Positions 60,809 to 64,000 of a DNA stretch of 64,000 nt are shown piece after piece. The translations under genes and the position numbers were made by a program. The notes beneath the pieces are model-generated. The model was not told the origin of the DNA, made no database searches, and saw nothing but the letters and a program-made list of their open reading frames with translations. This stretch comes from Parvibaculaceae bacterium (GTDB taxonomy: Bacteria; Pseudomonadota; Alphaproteobacteria; RS24): NCBI GenBank assembly GCA_965227805.1, contig CBDDGJ010000001.1, forward strand, positions 34,249-98,248, in the 5' to 3' direction. Positions within the stretch are counted from its first letter, which is position 1. The number at the start of each line of letters is the position of its first letter.

Positions 60809-61930
60809 ATGATACGCGCGCGGAGATTGACAAAATTATATATAACATTATGTTTAGTTATAGCGGTTGCCGCTTGTGCACGTGCGCCGATTAGCCCGGC
60901 AAATTATACGCAAATATCCACCGAGCTACGCGCATCTACGCCGGAAGAGCGAAAAGCCCTGCAACGTAAGATTGAGCGGGCGCGCAATGAAAAACGCAAA
61001 CTGGTTATTGTTGACCAGTTCAAACATAAAAATAGTGCGAGTGCGTTTGCGGGTGATGCAAGCAAGGTGGGCATGCAAAGCGTGAAAAAAATATTGCGTA
61101 GCGCAGGGGTGGAAACCAAAGAGCAGGATATACCGCCGCAAATGCGCCAACAAATTGAAGAGCTGGAATTGTCTGGTATGTTGGAGGATAATAGCCTTTT
61201 AGCTGATGCGGATTATTTTTTACTCGGGGAAATTTTGACTATATCTGTAGCAAAGGAATATGTAAAAACCAGTATCGCCGCTGAGGCCACTGGGCTGGCC
61301 ATTCAAAAAGAATTTGAAGATAGTGGTGGGGCGCTAGGTAGTTTGCTCGGTGCGGTTGCCGCGCAATCTGCCAAACAGGCAATTACGCCGCCCCATTGCG
61401 CGGTGACAGCACGTGCCGAAGTGAGTTTATTGCTTTATAATGCTAATCCGGTTGAGTTATTAAAATCAATGTCGTTCGAAGAAGAACATGAAGCTGACCG
61501 CAATAATGTGTCCACCTGTAAAGGTATAGATGGAAAAGCCGAGGCCTTAGAAGCCGTGCGTAAAACCATTGCCCGCAGTGGGGGCGATATTACAAATATT
61601 TTTACGCCCGAGGCGTATATTATAGAGCAGCGCCAGCAAGAAAATGATTATATTTTCAAAACCAGTTTTTCATCTAAAGTGCAGTTAGAGCCAGGCACGA
61701 CCATACGTGTTTATAAGCGGATTGTGTCAACCGATCCGATTAGCGGCATCAGGCAAGAAGAAAAAGCCTTGCTTGGCACAGGCGCAATTATAAAAACCCT
61801 TGGAACACAAGATATATGGATTGCATTGGATGATGATAAGATACGCAATAAGGTGCGTCTCGGTGATATTGTGCAGGCTGTGAATAAGAATAAGTGTCCG
61901 ATAACCGATACAAGTTGTTGGAGGCGCTAA
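60809..61930 (+). CDS. CsgG/LpoB-like lipoprotein with a C-terminal beta-rich domain (operon gene 4)
   Basis: Lipobox IAVAAC. KLVIVDQFKHK.., ADADYFLLGEILTISV and TARAEVSLLLYNANPVELLKS resemble the strand pattern of the CsgG/LpoB fold. The C-terminal ~90 aa resemble an SH3/OB-type domain (GTTIRVYKRIV...GDIVQAV). Confidence 0.45.
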   Translation: MIRARRLTKLYITLCLVIAVAACARAPISPANYTQISTELRASTPEERKALQRKIERARNEKRKLVIVDQFKHKNSASAFAGDASKVGMQSVKKILRSAGVETKEQDIPPQMRQQIEELELSGMLEDNSLLADADYFLLGEILTISVAKEYVKTSIAAEATGLAIQKEFEDSGGALGSLLGAVAAQSAKQAITPPHCAVTARAEVSLLLYNANPVELLKSMSFEEEHEADRNNVSTCKGIDGKAEALEAVRKTIARSGGDITNIFTPEAYIIEQRQQENDYIFKTSFSSKVQLEPGTTIRVYKRIVSTDPISGIRQEEKALLGTGAIIKTLGTQDIWIALDDDKIRNKVRLGDIVQAVNKNKCPITDTSCWRR

Positions 61931-62919
61931 TGCGTAACAAAAAAATAGCCCTGAATTATGTCTTTATATTAACCATTATTTTGGGTTTGAGCTTGGCCAT
62001 GCCGCTTTATGCACAGCCGCCTGCATGGTATCATGCGGTTGAGCCTGCAGCGTCTGCCTTTCTAAAAGCGTCAGGCACCGGGGCAAGCGAAGAAGAGGCA
62101 ATCGCCGATGCACTAAAAAAAATTGCCGAGCAAATTTTAGTTGATATTCGTGCCGAAACTTCATTACAAACACAGGTAAATAATGATAAAGCCTCTTTTT
62201 CGGGGACACGTAAAATTGAAACGCGTATTTCAGATTTTCGTATAAGCGATTACCAAAAAGAAAAATCCATGCAAGCAGATGGTGCATTTTGGGTGCGCCT
62301 TGCGGTGCGTAAGCAGGATTTGCGTGATGTTAATCTGCGTGAAGCAACGGATATAATGAATGAACTTGCTGTATGGACAGAGCAAGGTTCGACCAAAGGC
62401 AACATTGATTTTTTGCGTCGCCGTGATAGTTTATATGAAAAACTTGCTCTGGCACGGCAAAAATATCAAATGATTGCCGTTCTTGATAAGGCCTTTTCCT
62501 ATCAGACGCATAGCGAAAAAATTCTTGCCTATGAGCAAGCGATAGATAAGGCATTAAAACAATCTGTTATTTATGTCGTATCCGATGCAGATATGCGTTT
62601 TTTGGGTGAAAAAATTGCACGCAAACTGAACGAAGAAGGGTTTGCGGCGGTTATGGGTGAAAAAGCGGGTTATATTACGCTTAAAATATCCGGTTCATTC
62701 ACCGAACATGATCACATTACCTCTTATAAATTTGTCACTGCTGATATATTATTCACGCTAAGCGATGAGACGGGCACAGTGCGTCTTACCAAATCATATC
62801 CGGTAAATGCACGCGGTATGACCTCTTTTGCCGCGACCAAAAAAACAGCACTGAATAAATTTATGCGCACGCTTTTGAAAGACGATAAGACCATCGCGCA
62901 AATGCTTACACTCGATTAA
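61930..62919 (+). CDS. Secreted LPP20-like N-domain protein (operon gene 5)
   Basis: Type I signal MRNKKIALNYVFILTIILGLSLAMPLYA|Q, followed by PPAWYHAV...GTGASEEEAIADALKKIAEQILVDI. The ATG overlaps the gene 4 stop (TAATG). Confidence 0.5.
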   Translation: MRNKKIALNYVFILTIILGLSLAMPLYAQPPAWYHAVEPAASAFLKASGTGASEEEAIADALKKIAEQILVDIRAETSLQTQVNNDKASFSGTRKIETRISDFRISDYQKEKSMQADGAFWVRLAVRKQDLRDVNLREATDIMNELAVWTEQGSTKGNIDFLRRRDSLYEKLALARQKYQMIAVLDKAFSYQTHSEKILAYEQAIDKALKQSVIYVVSDADMRFLGEKIARKLNEEGFAAVMGEKAGYITLKISGSFTEHDHITSYKFVTADILFTLSDETGTVRLTKSYPVNARGMTSFAATKKTALNKFMRTLLKDDKTIAQMLTLD

Positions 62920-63007
62920 AGTTTGGGTTTTACGCAAGCCGGATTGCCATAGGGAATGAAATTTGCTACTTCCTGCACATATAAAATTAGGCAGGAAATC
63001 TTGAATT

Positions 63008-64000
63008 GTGGCTGAGTTAGAGCAAAATAATGTAAATAATGCCAGCTTACGCGAAGCTGATTTTCTTGAATCAGATACGTCACGTGAGGTTTTGCGCTAT
63101 GTGCTACAGCAACTTGTAGACGAAAACCGGACAACATTATTAAGTTTCATTGCTGATACACATGACTCCGATATTGCACATTTATTGAGCCTGATGTCAT
63201 TTGAGCAGCGTAGCCAGTTTATGCAGCTTGTTGGGCATGATTTACCTGCGCATGTTTATCCCGAACTCGATCCGGCAATTTGCCACGAAATTGTCGAATA
63301 TCTTGATTTGGCGCATCTGGTGACAACTGTGCAGACTCTGGAGAGTGATGATGCGGTTTTTCTTTTAGAAGATTTGGATGAAGAAGATAGGGAAGAAATT
63401 CTTGAGCAAATCCCTGAAACCGACAGGCTTATTTTACAACGGGCACTTGACTTTCCTGAAGATAGTGCGGGCAGGCTTATGCGTTCAGCGTATGTATCGG
63501 TGCCGCCCTTTTGGACAGTCGGACAAACGATAGATTATTTACGTATCAGAGAAGACTTACCGTATGAGTTTTTGGAAATCTTTGTTTTGGATTCAGCCTA
63601 TAAGCCGCTTGGGGTTGTGCCGCTTAATCGTATTTTGCGTGCCAAACGCCCCGAGCTTATGCAACAACTTATTGATGAAGACTTCTCTATGATTGACGCC
63701 TATACCGACCGTGAGCAAGTGGCGCTTATGTTTGAACGCTATAATTGGGTAAGCGCGGCAATTGTTGACAAAGACCAGCGCATGTTGGGGGTGATTACGG
63801 CTGATGATGTTTTGGAAGTGATAACCGAAGAAGCGGGCGAAGATATTTTGCGCCTTGGGGGGGTTGGCGATGAGGCGATGACGGATAATGTTATCGCCAC
63901 GGCGCGCGGACGTTTTTCATGGTTATTTATCAATCTGCTTACGGCCATTCTTGCGTCCCTTGTTATCGGTCTGTTTGATGCGTCACTTAAAGAAATGGTT
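63008..64000 (+). CDS. mgtE: Magnesium transporter MgtE (3' end outside the window)
   Basis: A frame starting at GTG 63008 stays open to the window edge. It contains the MgtE N-domain (DSDIAHLLSLMSFEQRSQFM), a CBS pair (AGRLMRSAYVSVPP.., VSAAIVDKDQRMLGVITADDVLEVI) and the start of the TM domain (RFSWLFINLLTAILAS). Confidence 0.9.
   Translation, partial: MAELEQNNVNNASLREADFLESDTSREVLRYVLQQLVDENRTTLLSFIADTHDSDIAHLLSLMSFEQRSQFMQLVGHDLPAHVYPELDPAICHEIVEYLDLAHLVTTVQTLESDDAVFLLEDLDEEDREEILEQIPETDRLILQRALDFPEDSAGRLMRSAYVSVPPFWTVGQTIDYLRIREDLPYEFLEIFVLDSAYKPLGVVPLNRILRAKRPELMQQLIDEDFSMIDAYTDREQVALMFERYNWVSAAIVDKDQRMLGVITADDVLEVITEEAGEDILRLGGVGDEAMTDNVIATARGRFSWLFINLLTAILASLVIGLFDASLKEMV

Noticed and set aside
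62920-63007. Possible Mg2+ riboswitch (M-box) upstream of mgtE.
   Set aside because: Only ~88 nt are available and there is no extended conserved helical architecture. M-box leaders are much longer and are not typical of Alphaproteobacteria.

Overview
This is an alphaproteobacterial chromosomal segment. The diagnostic signs are a circularly permuted two-piece tmRNA gene (tag ANDNYAEVAVAA) directly upstream of an alpha-type sspB, and the gene order nuoG-N, birA, rnj, mce, DUF1467, proS, lolCE, lolD. Bases 1-33,000 are housekeeping core: nuoG-N, birA, RNase J, mce, proS, lolCE/lolD, sspB, ssrA, thyA, folA, an SMP-30-like gene, a NUDIX gene, rnr, topA, dprA, plsY, a pyrC-like gene, pyrB, ruvX and gatCAB. 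Bases ~33,006-56,886 form an IS-riddled accessory island between gatB and trxB. It holds an IS1595 transposase stub, three distinct IS3-family elements (called A, B and C here) present as intact, nested and chimeric copies, two further IS3 wrecks, and a P4-type integrase truncated at both ends. It also holds a ~13-kb glycan-biosynthesis cluster: wecB, wecC, a ~1255-aa pyruvyltransferase/coiled-coil/GT4/methyltransferase fusion, an orphan 560-aa membrane protein, an AsnB-like/glucuronyl-C5-epimerase-like fusion and two GT4 genes. The remaining island cargo is a repeat-containing PPC-domain lipoprotein, an Xis-like HTH gene and two orphan genes. Bases 56,924-64,000 are core again: trxB, an ELM1-like gene, lrp, a tightly coupled five-gene envelope-protein operon and mgtE (3' end outside the window). 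I found no rRNA, tRNA or CRISPR, and no recognisable defence genes (nuclease, helicase or ATPase). The best candidates for something new are the multi-domain glycan enzymes (39.2-47.0 kb) with a perfectly repeated coiled-coil spacer, and the LPP20-like/CsgG-like operon at 59.6-62.9 kb. All domain calls come from reading motifs by eye and were not checked by HMM or database searches.
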